Of a DNA stretch of 64,000 nucleotides, positions 54,471 through 64,000 are shown one piece after another. The notes beneath the pieces were generated by a model. That model saw only the letters and a list, made by a program, of their open reading frames with translations. It ran no database searches and had not been told where the DNA came from. Location: the NCBI GenBank assembly GCA_963758635.1, contig CAVWWD010000007.1, forward strand, positions 96,001 to 160,000, given 5' to 3'. The translations under genes and the position numbers were made by a program. Numbering within the stretch: position 1 is the first letter of the stretch; every line of letters begins with the position of its first letter. The DNA is from an uncultured Candidatus Rokubacteria bacterium (GTDB taxonomy: Bacteria > Methylomirabilota > Methylomirabilia > Rokubacteriales > CSP1-6).

Positions 54471-54662
54471 GCGCCCCGCGTGGGTGCCAGAGTGGCGGCG
54501 TCCCGAATGACTGAAGGCCTTTCAGGGAAGGAGAGTTCGCTGTGCGGACAGCGTTTGCGGTGCGGCCCATCCGCGGAGCGTCAAGGCGCCGACGAACACG
54601 TGCCCGGCGGTGTCACAGGGAAGAAACGTCTGACGTGGTCGTGCAGATGCTTGTGCAGTGTG

Positions 54663-55577
54663 TCAGTTCTGCATGGGTGATGCCTCGGGCGTTCCACGCC
54701 CTCGCCCGATCCGGGAGAGCCGTCCAGTCTTCCAGCCGGAACGGACAGAAGAGTACGCGTAGTCGTAGTAGCGGGAGGTGGCCGTCGGTCGCTCGCTGTT
54801 GTTGAAGAGCAAACCCACGACCTTGTCCGGCTCGACCATGTTCAGTGCGTCGGCGAGGAGCCGTCGCGACGTCTGGTGGCACCTCACGACGATCAGGTAG
54901 CCATCCACCCAGCGCCCGAGGATGCGCGAGTCCAGCACGGGCACGAGCGGTGGGGTGTCGAGCACGACGTAGTCGAAGCGGCTCCGGGCCTCGGCGAGGA
55001 TCTCGCCCATCCGCGGCGCCTGGAAGAGCTCATAGGAGTTCGGCGACGGGGAGCCGGCCGCGATCACGGCCAGATTGAACGGCGGCCGCGCGCGAACGGC
55101 GTCGTCGAATGAGAGGCTCGGGTCGAGCACGAGGTCCGCCAGCGCTGGCCCGTCCGGCTCAACGAGCCCGAGTCGCCTCGCGATCGCCGGGCGCCGCAGG
55201 TCCGCGTCGATCAGCAGGATGCGCACGCCCGGAGCCTGCGCCAACGCCCCGGCGAGGTTGATCGCCGTGGTCGTCTTTCCATCGCCGACCGTCGGGCTCG
55301 TGACCGCCACCGCCGAGAGCCCGGATCGCTTGTGTGCCTGCTCCACGGCGTGCCGCAGCGCCCGGTACTGTTCGGCCTCGACCGCGTTCGGGATGAGCAG
55401 GCTCACCAGGTGGTCATCGATCCCGACGGGGGAGGTCGACGCCTCGCGCCCACTCGTCGGGATAGGGGGCGATGGAGTGGGCGGGGAAGCCGGCGAGACG
55501 GCGGAGGGCCGAGGAGACAGCGCGCGGAGTGCGCGGTCGCGTTCGGCTTGCTCGAGGGCCTTGGAGAACTTGCTCAT
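54663..55577 (-). CDS. CpsD/CapB-family bacterial tyrosine kinase (stand-alone BY-kinase)
   Basis: AEQYRALR, VTSPTVGDGKTT, LLIDADLRRP, VVLDTPP; Tyr cluster YYDYAY. Confidence 0.92.
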   Translation of the reverse strand: MSKFSKALEQAERDRALRALSPRPSAVSPASPPTPSPPIPTSGREASTSPVGIDDHLVSLLIPNAVEAEQYRALRHAVEQAHKRSGLSAVAVTSPTVGDGKTTTAINLAGALAQAPGVRILLIDADLRRPAIARRLGLVEPDGPALADLVLDPSLSFDDAVRARPPFNLAVIAAGSPSPNSYELFQAPRMGEILAEARSRFDYVVLDTPPLVPVLDSRILGRWVDGYLIVVRCHQTSRRLLADALNMVEPDKVVGLLFNNSERPTATSRYYDYAYSSVRSGWKTGRLSRIGRGRGTPEASPMQN

Positions 55578-56578
55578 CGCAGCATCGCTCCTCGCAGGAT
55601 TCGGGTCCACTCGGTCGCGCCCGGCGCACCGAGGTGTTCCAGCAAACCCGGATTGAACATCTCGGCCGCGCCGGCCGCGACGACCAAGCCCGCCAGAACG
55701 AGGGCGATGCTCGCGGCGAGGTGGGGGATCCGCTGGCGCAAGAGCGCGTGGATGCCCTGGAGTCGCCGCGGACGGTCCTCGAGATACGCGATCGCCTCCT
55801 CCACGATGTCGCGGTCGATCCGTCGTCGCTGGTCGGCGTAGCCGATCACCAGGCAGTGATCGCACACGATGTTGATCAAGCGGGGTATCCCGCCCGTGTA
55901 GCCGGCGATGCGCGCGAGTGCCCGTTCGGTGAAGAGTCCGAGATCGGCGGCGCGGGCGATGCGGAGGCGCGCGCGGATGTAGTCGCGGGTCTCGTTGCCC
56001 GTCAGCGGAGGGATCTCGCAGCGCAGGGCGATCCGCTGCTTGAGCTGCCGCAGCTCCGGCAACTCCAGCTTGGAGCGGATCTCGGTTTGTCCCACGAGCA
56101 CGATCTGGAGCAGCTTCTCCGAGGCGGTCTCGAAGTTGGACAGCAGGCGGATCTGTTCGAGGGTCTGCGGCGTGAGGTTTTGCGCCTCGTCCACTATGAG
56201 GACGGTCTGGAGGCCCGCGCGGCCGCGCTCGGCCAGGAAGCTGTTGAAGGCGAACAGGCGCTGGGCCGGTGAGTGGTCGGCCTTCAAGATCCCGAAACTC
56301 TCCAGAGCGTACTCGAAGATCTGGTCGAAGGGCAGCATGGTGTTGAATACGTATGCCACGGCGGCCGTGCTGTCCAGCCGCTTGAGCAGCGACTGCACGA
56401 GCGTCGTCTTGCCCATTCCGACCTCGCCCGACAGCAGCATAAAGCCCTTGCGCTCCTCCAGGCCGTACTTGAGCTGTGCGAGCGCCTCGCGGTGTCCGGG
56501 AGCCATGTAGAGGAAGTGCGGGTCCGGGGTCGTCTGGAACGGCTTCTCGGCGAGGCCATAGAAGGTGAGGTCCATCAT
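55574..56578 (-). CDS. ExeA/GspA-family AAA ATPase (XrtA-system ATPase-like)
   Basis: FYGLAEKPF..PDP, GEVGMGKTT, LIVDEAQNL, GGIPRLIN. Confidence 0.9.
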   Translation of the reverse strand: MMDLTFYGLAEKPFQTTPDPHFLYMAPGHREALAQLKYGLEERKGFMLLSGEVGMGKTTLVQSLLKRLDSTAAVAYVFNTMLPFDQIFEYALESFGILKADHSPAQRLFAFNSFLAERGRAGLQTVLIVDEAQNLTPQTLEQIRLLSNFETASEKLLQIVLVGQTEIRSKLELPELRQLKQRIALRCEIPPLTGNETRDYIRARLRIARAADLGLFTERALARIAGYTGGIPRLINIVCDHCLVIGYADQRRRIDRDIVEEAIAYLEDRPRRLQGIHALLRQRIPHLAASIALVLAGLVVAAGAAEMFNPGLLEHLGAPGATEWTRILRGAMLR

Positions 56579-56651
56579 TGAGCCTCCACGCTGCGCCGCA
56601 GCCGTCTCCAGGCAGGACCGGTGCGGTCAGCAGGCGCCGGGCACGCCGTCG

Positions 56652-58055
<1,404 letters not shown>

Positions 58056-58653
58056 GCCCTCGTCTCCTGTGACAACGACGCTTCCGAAAAGGACGCCTTC
58101 GCAGCTCCCGCCTCCCTGGTGAGGCACGAGGCGATGCTCGGCGATCCAGGACCGGTCCATCTGCTGGCCTGTGCGCGGTTCCTTTCAAGGCAAGGCTTCC
58201 CGGGTGCGCAACACGCGCCGGGAATGGTCGTGGCCGCGACGCCGCGCGCCCCCCGTTTCCTCCGTAAGTCCCCGTCCCGCGCGGAGTAGACCTCTCGTCC
58301 GGGTAAGGGGCTACTTCGTCTTGACTCGCAGCGTGGGTATCAGGAGGCACGAACCGTACCAGATTACCCCTACAAGCTTGGTAACCGCGGATCCTCGATC
58401 TTCAGGTTCTTTGCAGAATAGACGTGAGCTCCGTGCAAGGTCGCGCGACAGTTGCATATTGTGAGTCGGCCGTTGCAGAACGACTGAAAGGGAAATCCCC
58501 TTGTTGCGGCGGACTACGCGTTGCGATGGGCAAGCGACACTATTTGTCGGGTTTTAACACGGGACAGGGCCTCAGAAGATGACCGCGCCGTCGACTCGTG
58601 TTAAAGACCCATAGAATTCACCGACTTACATAAAGGATCACGGTCGTCCGCAG

Positions 58654-58669
58654 TGGTTCGGTCCTTGCA
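58654..58669 (+). promoter_or_regulatory. Putative sigma54 -24/-12 promoter
   Basis: TGGTTCGGTCCTTGCA; GG(58655-56)-N10-GC(58667-68). Confidence 0.55.
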
Positions 58670-58850
58670 ACCGCCCACGGACCGAGATGTCGAATCCACT
58701 GTCGAAACCGACCCGCTCCGACATCCCGATTGCAGCTTTCGACTGTGAAAGGCTTTGCTAGATATTGCTCCGATTGACTGACGCCTAAGGCCGCGGGTAG
58801 GACTCGGCCCTCTGAATCCTGCCCTCCACCGTTGATCCGGAGGTGTTGCT

Positions 58851-61800
58851 TTGGCCAGCGCGCTGTCCGAACTGCCGGAGATGCTCCCCGAATTTCTGGG
58901 TGATTGCCCCGAGATTTTGGAGCTTCGCCGACAGGTCTCGAGGCTGCTGACCCGTACCGGGGCTGGCGGCCGTTTGCCTCCGATCCTGATCCTCGGCGAG
59001 ACGGGGACCGGCAAGGGGCTGCTCGCCCGCTGCATCCACCGGGCAAGCCCCCGGCAAACGCGACCCTTCGTCGACGTGGACTGTGCGGCTATCCCGGACA
59101 CTCTGCTGGAGGCCGAGCTGTTCGGCTTCGAGCGTGGGGCGTTCACCGACGCCCGGCAGGCCAAGCCCGGCCTCTTTCAGTCGGCCCATCTGGGGACGAT
59201 CTTCCTCGACGAGGTCGGGCTCATGCCGCGGCCGCTTCAGAGCAAGCTCCTCAAGGTGGTCGAGCAGCGAGAGGTGCGCCGGCTCGGCGGCACGCGGAAC
59301 ACGCCTCTCGACGTGTGCATCATCTCCGCAACCAACGAGCAGCTCGTGACCGCGACCAGCGAAGGGCGGTTCCGCGAGGATCTGTACCATCGCCTCTCCG
59401 CGGTGACGCTGCATCTGCCACCCCTCCGCGAACGCGGGCCCGACATCCTGCTGCTGGCCGAGCGCTTCATCGCTCGAGCGTGTCTCGAGTACGGCCTGCC
59501 CCAGAAGCGGCTCGGCCTCGACGCCCGGGAAGCGATCCTCGCGTATCGGTGGCCGGGCAACCTGCGCGAGCTCCTGAACGTCGCCGATCGCGTGACGCTC
59601 CTGTCCGACGAGCCGGTGATCACCGCGGCGCGGCTCGACCTGCCGACGGGTGGCCATCGGGCAGGGCGAGGCTCCTTCGACGATACGCCCAGCCTCCGTG
59701 AGTCCTCCGTTGCGCTCGAGCGCGCCGAGCTCCTCGAAGCTTTGGAGCGCGCGGGCTGGCGACTGGCCGTGGCGGCGAGCCGACTTGGCCTACCACGCAA
59801 CACGCTGCGGTACCGATTGGAGAAGCTCGGGATCTCGCTCGAGCGTAGCCGCCGCGAGGGAGCTAACCCGGCTCCTGCCGAACAGGCCGCGCCGGCCTCG
59901 CCGCGACGGGGCGACGTGGGACGCGTGCCTCGTCGGGTGGTGGCGCTGCGCGTCGGCCTCGATGGACTCCCGGATGATGTGTCGGAGCCGGCGCATGACT
60001 CCGTGGGAGAGGCCGCGCTCGCGCCGGGGCGGCCGATCGACCGCATCGCGGCCAGGCTCCGAAGCTTCGGGGCACGTACCCGGGTCGTGGGTGACTCGCA
60101 GGTCTCAGCCGTCTTCGGTCTCGATCCCGGGGAGGACGCGACCGGCCGCGCCGCGCTCGCCGGCCTCAGCATCCGGGAGACGGCGGCGCGGCTCGCGCCC
60201 GACGGAGGCAAGGGCGTGTCGGTGAGAACGGCGATCCATGCCGAGACCGTGCTCGTCTGCACGGACGGCGGGGTGATGAGCGTCGTCGAGCTGGACTCCC
60301 GCCGCCTCGACGCGCAGCTCGACACGGTGCTCACGCTGGCCGAGCCGGGGACCATCGCCGTCAGCGACGCCGCCGCGCTCCGACTCGACCGCCGGTTCAC
60401 GCTGGTGCCGATCGCCGGCGCCAGCTCGTTCCATCGACTGCTCGCGCCGCGAGCCGCCAGCGCGAGCGACGGGCGATTGCTCACGCCGTTCGTGGGGCGT
60501 GAAGACACGATCGACACGCTCTTGCGCCTGTTCGCAGAGGTCGAGCGTGGCCATGGCCAGGTTGTTGGCGTCGTGGGCGAGCCCGGCATCGGCAAGTCTC
60601 GGCTCCTCTCGGAGCTGCGCCTCCGGCTCGCCGGGCGGCCGTATTTCTGGCGCCAAGGACGGTATCTGCCAGACGGTGGCGCCCTCCCGTTCCAGCCGGC
60701 CGTGGACATTCTCCGTGAGGCGTTCGCCCTCGGCCACGACGACGATCCCGAGGCCGTGGCCGAGAAGGTGTCGGTGCGCCTCCAGGACATGGGTCTGGAT
60801 CCGGAGACCACAGGCCCCCTGATCCTCGCGTTTCTCGGCGATCGCGCCGCGAGCCGGACGCTCCGCGCCGTGCGACCCGATGACCTCAAGGCTCAGCTCT
60901 TCGAGATCTTGATCCGGCTGGCCATCGAGCGGAGCCTCGACGCACCGCTCGTCCTCGTCATCGAGGATCTGCAGTGGTCGCCGCCCGCGGCCAGCGAGTT
61001 CCTCCGCGCACTGGTGGGTGTGGTCTCGGGCGCACGCATCATGCTGCTGTGCACGTACCGGCCGGAGTATCAGCCGACCTGGCTCGACCGTTCCTACGTG
61101 ACCCAGCTCGCGCTCCAGCCGCTGTCGCGGGAGGACAGCGTGGCCGTGGTGCGCAGCCATCCTGCCGGTCGCGATCTCTCGGACCGGCTGGAGAATCGAC
61201 TCCTCGACCGGGGAGATGGCAATCCGTTCTTCCTCGAAGAGCTCGTGGCGGCGTCGAGCCAGCACGTGGTCACCGAATCGACCGTCCCGGCCACGATCGA
61301 GGCGGTGATCGTCGCACGCGTCGAGTCGCTGCCCGAGGAGCTGTGCCGTGTCCTGCACGTCGCTGCCGTCGCCGGTCAGGAAGTGCCTCTGCGCGTCCTG
61401 CAGGACGTGATCGGCGGAGCGGCGTCCGACCTCGACGGCCGGCTCGAGCATCTGGCCCGCCTGGAGTTCATCCGGCCGGTGCTTCGCGGGCGGGAGCGGG
61501 CGTACCTCTTCAAGCACACGCTCACGCGCCACGTCATCTATCAGAGCCTCACCGCGTGGACGCGCGAGAGCCTGCACCGGGCCATCGCGGAGATCCTCGA
61601 GCGCCTCAACACGCCTGGCTCCGAGGCCGCCATCGAGCGTCTGGGGCACCACTACGCCAACGGTCACGTGCCGCTCAAGGCGGTCCAGTACCTCCGGCAT
61701 GCCGCCGCTCGCGCCGGCCGGCGCAACGAGCCCGCGCAGGCGGTGAGGACGCTGCGCGAAGCCCTCGTCCAGGCGCGCCGTCTTCCCGGCGGCCCTGCGC

Positions 61801-62942
61801 GCGACGGCACGATTCTCGACCTCGCCACGCGCCAGACGCAGCCGCTCGCGCTACTCGGTCGACTGACCGAGGCTCGTGACGAGCTCACCCTCTACCGCCA
61901 CCTGGTCAGGCATGTCGACGACGCGGGAGTGGTCGCGAGATTCCTTGCCGCCCTTGGCTCCGTCTACGGACGGCTCGGCGACGATCGCCAGGGCAGCGTG
62001 CACCTCGACATAGCGCTCCAGTATGCGCTCCGCTCCGGCGACGACAGGACGCTCGCCCGCGCTCATCTGATGCTGTCGCAATCGCGGTTCTGGTCAGGCG
62101 ACTTCTCACGCGGGATCTGGCACGGGCTGGAGTCCGCGTCGCTGTTCGAGCGCCTTCGGGAGCCGTGGCGCGTCGGCCGGTCCCTGGTCCACGTGGCCTG
62201 GAACCAGGCGTCGCTCGGGGAGGTGGGCCAGGCGGCGGCGGCGGCCGAGCGTGTGCAGGAGCTCGCGCGAGAGTCGGACGACGACACGCTGCTCCTGTCC
62301 GCGGGAAGTATCTGTCGCGCCTGGGTCTCCGGGATGAGCGGGCGCGCCGAGGAGTCGATCGCCGCGGGCCGGCTCGCCCTCGAGGCGGCGCGCGGCCCGT
62401 CCAATCAAGCCTTCGCGCTCTCATTCCTCGGAGGCGCGTACCTGGAGGCCGACGACGCGGCCAGCGCGGCGGCGTCGCTGGAGCAGGCCGCGAGTCGTCT
62501 CGACGGGTTCGGCTTCATCCGGCTCAGCGGGCTTGCCTCCGCCTGGCTCGGCGAGGCGCTGCTGCTCCTCGGGGAGGTGGACCGTGCCGAGGCGGTGGCG
62601 CTGGCGTCCTCGGCGCAGATGGGGCGGGTCGGCTGTCCATTCGTCGTGGCCTGGGGCGAGCGTACGCTGGGGCGCGTGGCGCAGGCGCGGGGGCGGCTCG
62701 ACGAGGCCGACCTCCGCCTGGGACGGGCCCAGGACGGCTTCGATCGCCTGTCGGCTCGCTACGAGGCCGCGCGCACCATGCTCGCGCGCGCGTCGGTGGC
62801 GTGCGCCGCGGGGCGCCGTTCCGCTGCGGATAACCTCGTGGGCGCGGCCGGCCCGGCCTTCGTCGCCATGCAGCTGCCCTCCTACCTCCGCGAGGAGCGA
62901 ACACTCGCGCGGCGATTCGCTGGCAACGCCCTCGCAACCTGA
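58851..62942 (+). CDS. Fusion: sigma54 AAA+ activator + Fis HTH + degenerate class III cyclase-like + AAA16/STAND ATPase + TPR-like
   Basis: GETGTGKG, GAFTDA, GNLREL, HTH; VRTAIHAE; PFVGRE, GEPGIGKSR, VIEDLQW, GNPFFLEE, FKHTL; helical repeats. Confidence 0.88.
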   Translation: MASALSELPEMLPEFLGDCPEILELRRQVSRLLTRTGAGGRLPPILILGETGTGKGLLARCIHRASPRQTRPFVDVDCAAIPDTLLEAELFGFERGAFTDARQAKPGLFQSAHLGTIFLDEVGLMPRPLQSKLLKVVEQREVRRLGGTRNTPLDVCIISATNEQLVTATSEGRFREDLYHRLSAVTLHLPPLRERGPDILLLAERFIARACLEYGLPQKRLGLDAREAILAYRWPGNLRELLNVADRVTLLSDEPVITAARLDLPTGGHRAGRGSFDDTPSLRESSVALERAELLEALERAGWRLAVAASRLGLPRNTLRYRLEKLGISLERSRREGANPAPAEQAAPASPRRGDVGRVPRRVVALRVGLDGLPDDVSEPAHDSVGEAALAPGRPIDRIAARLRSFGARTRVVGDSQVSAVFGLDPGEDATGRAALAGLSIRETAARLAPDGGKGVSVRTAIHAETVLVCTDGGVMSVVELDSRRLDAQLDTVLTLAEPGTIAVSDAAALRLDRRFTLVPIAGASSFHRLLAPRAASASDGRLLTPFVGREDTIDTLLRLFAEVERGHGQVVGVVGEPGIGKSRLLSELRLRLAGRPYFWRQGRYLPDGGALPFQPAVDILREAFALGHDDDPEAVAEKVSVRLQDMGLDPETTGPLILAFLGDRAASRTLRAVRPDDLKAQLFEILIRLAIERSLDAPLVLVIEDLQWSPPAASEFLRALVGVVSGARIMLLCTYRPEYQPTWLDRSYVTQLALQPLSREDSVAVVRSHPAGRDLSDRLENRLLDRGDGNPFFLEELVAASSQHVVTESTVPATIEAVIVARVESLPEELCRVLHVAAVAGQEVPLRVLQDVIGGAASDLDGRLEHLARLEFIRPVLRGRERAYLFKHTLTRHVIYQSLTAWTRESLHRAIAEILERLNTPGSEAAIERLGHHYANGHVPLKAVQYLRHAAARAGRRNEPAQAVRTLREALVQARRLPGGPARDGTILDLATRQTQPLALLGRLTEARDELTLYRHLVRHVDDAGVVARFLAALGSVYGRLGDDRQGSVHLDIALQYALRSGDDRTLARAHLMLSQSRFWSGDFSRGIWHGLESASLFERLREPWRVGRSLVHVAWNQASLGEVGQAAAAAERVQELARESDDDTLLLSAGSICRAWVSGMSGRAEESIAAGRLALEAARGPSNQAFALSFLGGAYLEADDAASAAASLEQAASRLDGFGFIRLSGLASAWLGEALLLLGEVDRAEAVALASSAQMGRVGCPFVVAWGERTLGRVAQARGRLDEADLRLGRAQDGFDRLSARYEAARTMLARASVACAAGRRSAADNLVGAAGPAFVAMQLPSYLREERTLARRFAGNALAT

Positions 62943-62972
62943 TCCGCGTCCGTCGTCAGGGTCACGGCGCCG

Positions 62973-64000
62973 TCACGTCGTTGCCGGTCGGGATGCCTCC
63001 GAGGCTCGCGGGAAAAACATCTGGACGACCGTACCCTGGCCAGGCGTCGAGTCGATCTCCACGTAGCCGCCGTGCTGCTTCACGATGCCGTAGACGCTCG
63101 GTAGCCCGAGGCCCGTCCGGCCGTCGCGGGCCCTCGGCGCGGCGAAGGGCTCGAAGAGGTGCGCGCGCTTCTCCGGCGCGATGCCCTGTCCGGTGTCACG
63201 CACCGTGATGGCCACGTGCGACCTGGTCACCTCCGTGCCAGCAACGTCGCCCGCCCCGGGCCCGGGCACGTTGGCCACTCCGACCTCGAGACGGCCGCCG
63301 TCCGGCATGGCATCCCGCGCGTTCGCCACGAGATGCATGATCGCGCCCTCGACCTGGGCGCGGTCGGCCTCCACCGGCCAGGCCTGCGGCGCGCGGCACT
63401 CCAGGGTCACCGTGGGGGGAAGCAGGGCCTGGATGTGAGGCGCCAGCCCGCGCACGATCTCGCTCAGGCTCAGGGGCTCGAGGCGAAGCATGACGCTGCT
63501 GCTGAAGGCGAGTAGCTCGGCGGCCAGCTTGGCGGTGAGCCGCGCTCCCTTCACGATCGCGAGCAGCCGGCGCCTGAGGGGCTCGTCGTCGAGGCCCTCG
63601 TAGACGAATTCGCTCTCGCGCAGGATGAGCGTGGCGAGCCCATTGAGCTCGTTGGCCACGCCACCGGCCAGGCGCCCGACGGCCTCGGAGGACTCCATCT
63701 GCTGCACGCGCGCCTGGAGCCGCTTGCGCTCGGCGATGTCGATGACCGTGACCCGCACCGCCGGGGCGTCGTGCCACGAGACTTCCGTGCTCCACGCCTC
63801 GACCCACAGAGGCTTGCCGTCGCGGGTGACGTGCTCGATCTCCTGGCCGTGCGGGACGGGCTCACCGCGTAGAAGGGCCGCGGTGTAGTCGGCGAGCCGA
63901 TCGCGCGCGGCCGGAGCCACGAGGTCGGAGAAGCGGGTGCCGGCGAGAGCGGCGGGCTCATCGTACCCGTGCATCTCCGCCAGCTTCCTGGTGGCGAACC
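62973..64000 (-). CDS. PAS-domain sensor histidine kinase-like protein with degenerate H-box (5'-truncated by window)
   Basis: PAS; LAGGVANELNG, ANARDAMP, DTGQGI, GLGL..YGIVKQHGG, STPGQGT. Confidence 0.82.
   Translation of the reverse strand, partial: FATRKLAEMHGYDEPAALAGTRFSDLVAPAARDRLADYTAALLRGEPVPHGQEIEHVTRDGKPLWVEAWSTEVSWHDAPAVRVTVIDIAERKRLQARVQQMESSEAVGRLAGGVANELNGLATLILRESEFVYEGLDDEPLRRRLLAIVKGARLTAKLAAELLAFSSSVMLRLEPLSLSEIVRGLAPHIQALLPPTVTLECRAPQAWPVEADRAQVEGAIMHLVANARDAMPDGGRLEVGVANVPGPGAGDVAGTEVTRSHVAITVRDTGQGIAPEKRAHLFEPFAAPRARDGRTGLGLPSVYGIVKQHGGYVEIDSTPGQGTVVQMFFPRASEASRPATT

Noticed and set aside
15687..54657. Shared TGCA-Nx-TGCA enhancer at all sigma54 promoters
   Set aside because: Spacing is inconsistent (N7 at 15688, N6 at 25565, N8 at 54642) and the motif is not seen at other promoters
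58200..58225. Minus-strand sigma54 site upstream of the NtrC-like gene
   Set aside because: GG-N10-GC is present but lacks the TTGC -12 context; plausible by chance in GC-rich DNA

Overview
High-GC bacterial DNA. The gene repertoire suggests Ca. Rokubacteria/Methylomirabilota, but this is inference only. Many single-base frameshifts, often in G/C runs, look like long-read indels rather than true pseudogenes. About 5-58 kb is one Wzx/Wzy-type exopolysaccharide locus resembling the XrtA/PEP-CTERM-associated type. Export and chain control come from a beta-barrel, a short OPX, a PCP, a separate BY-kinase and an ExeA-like ATPase. It also holds a priming transferase, Wzy-like and Wzx proteins, glycosyltransferases, and a CDP/C-methyl sugar cassette behind a NusG paralog with a JUMPstart/ops-like leader. 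Embedded in it is a two-module NRPS (Gly-like and beta-Ala codes) with a SyrD/PvdE-type exporter and a docking-domain thioesterase (Cys nucleophile, no evident His). Secreted proteins include a LamG/Ig copper-radical oxidase, a GH16, two paralogous unknown glycosidase-like proteins and FN3 proteins. Six sigma54 -24/-12 motifs are present. Main hypotheses: (1) the NRPS tailors or accompanies the EPS; (2) split-FN3 strand-complementation docking, since three secreted enzyme-like proteins start with an orphan PxAP[TS][ND] strand while two FN3 proteins lack that strand; (3) an AAA-less mini HTH protein shares the locus activator's recognition helix and may act as a feedback anti-activator. The flanking signalling proteins (Ser/Thr kinase, His kinase, receiver) are degenerate.
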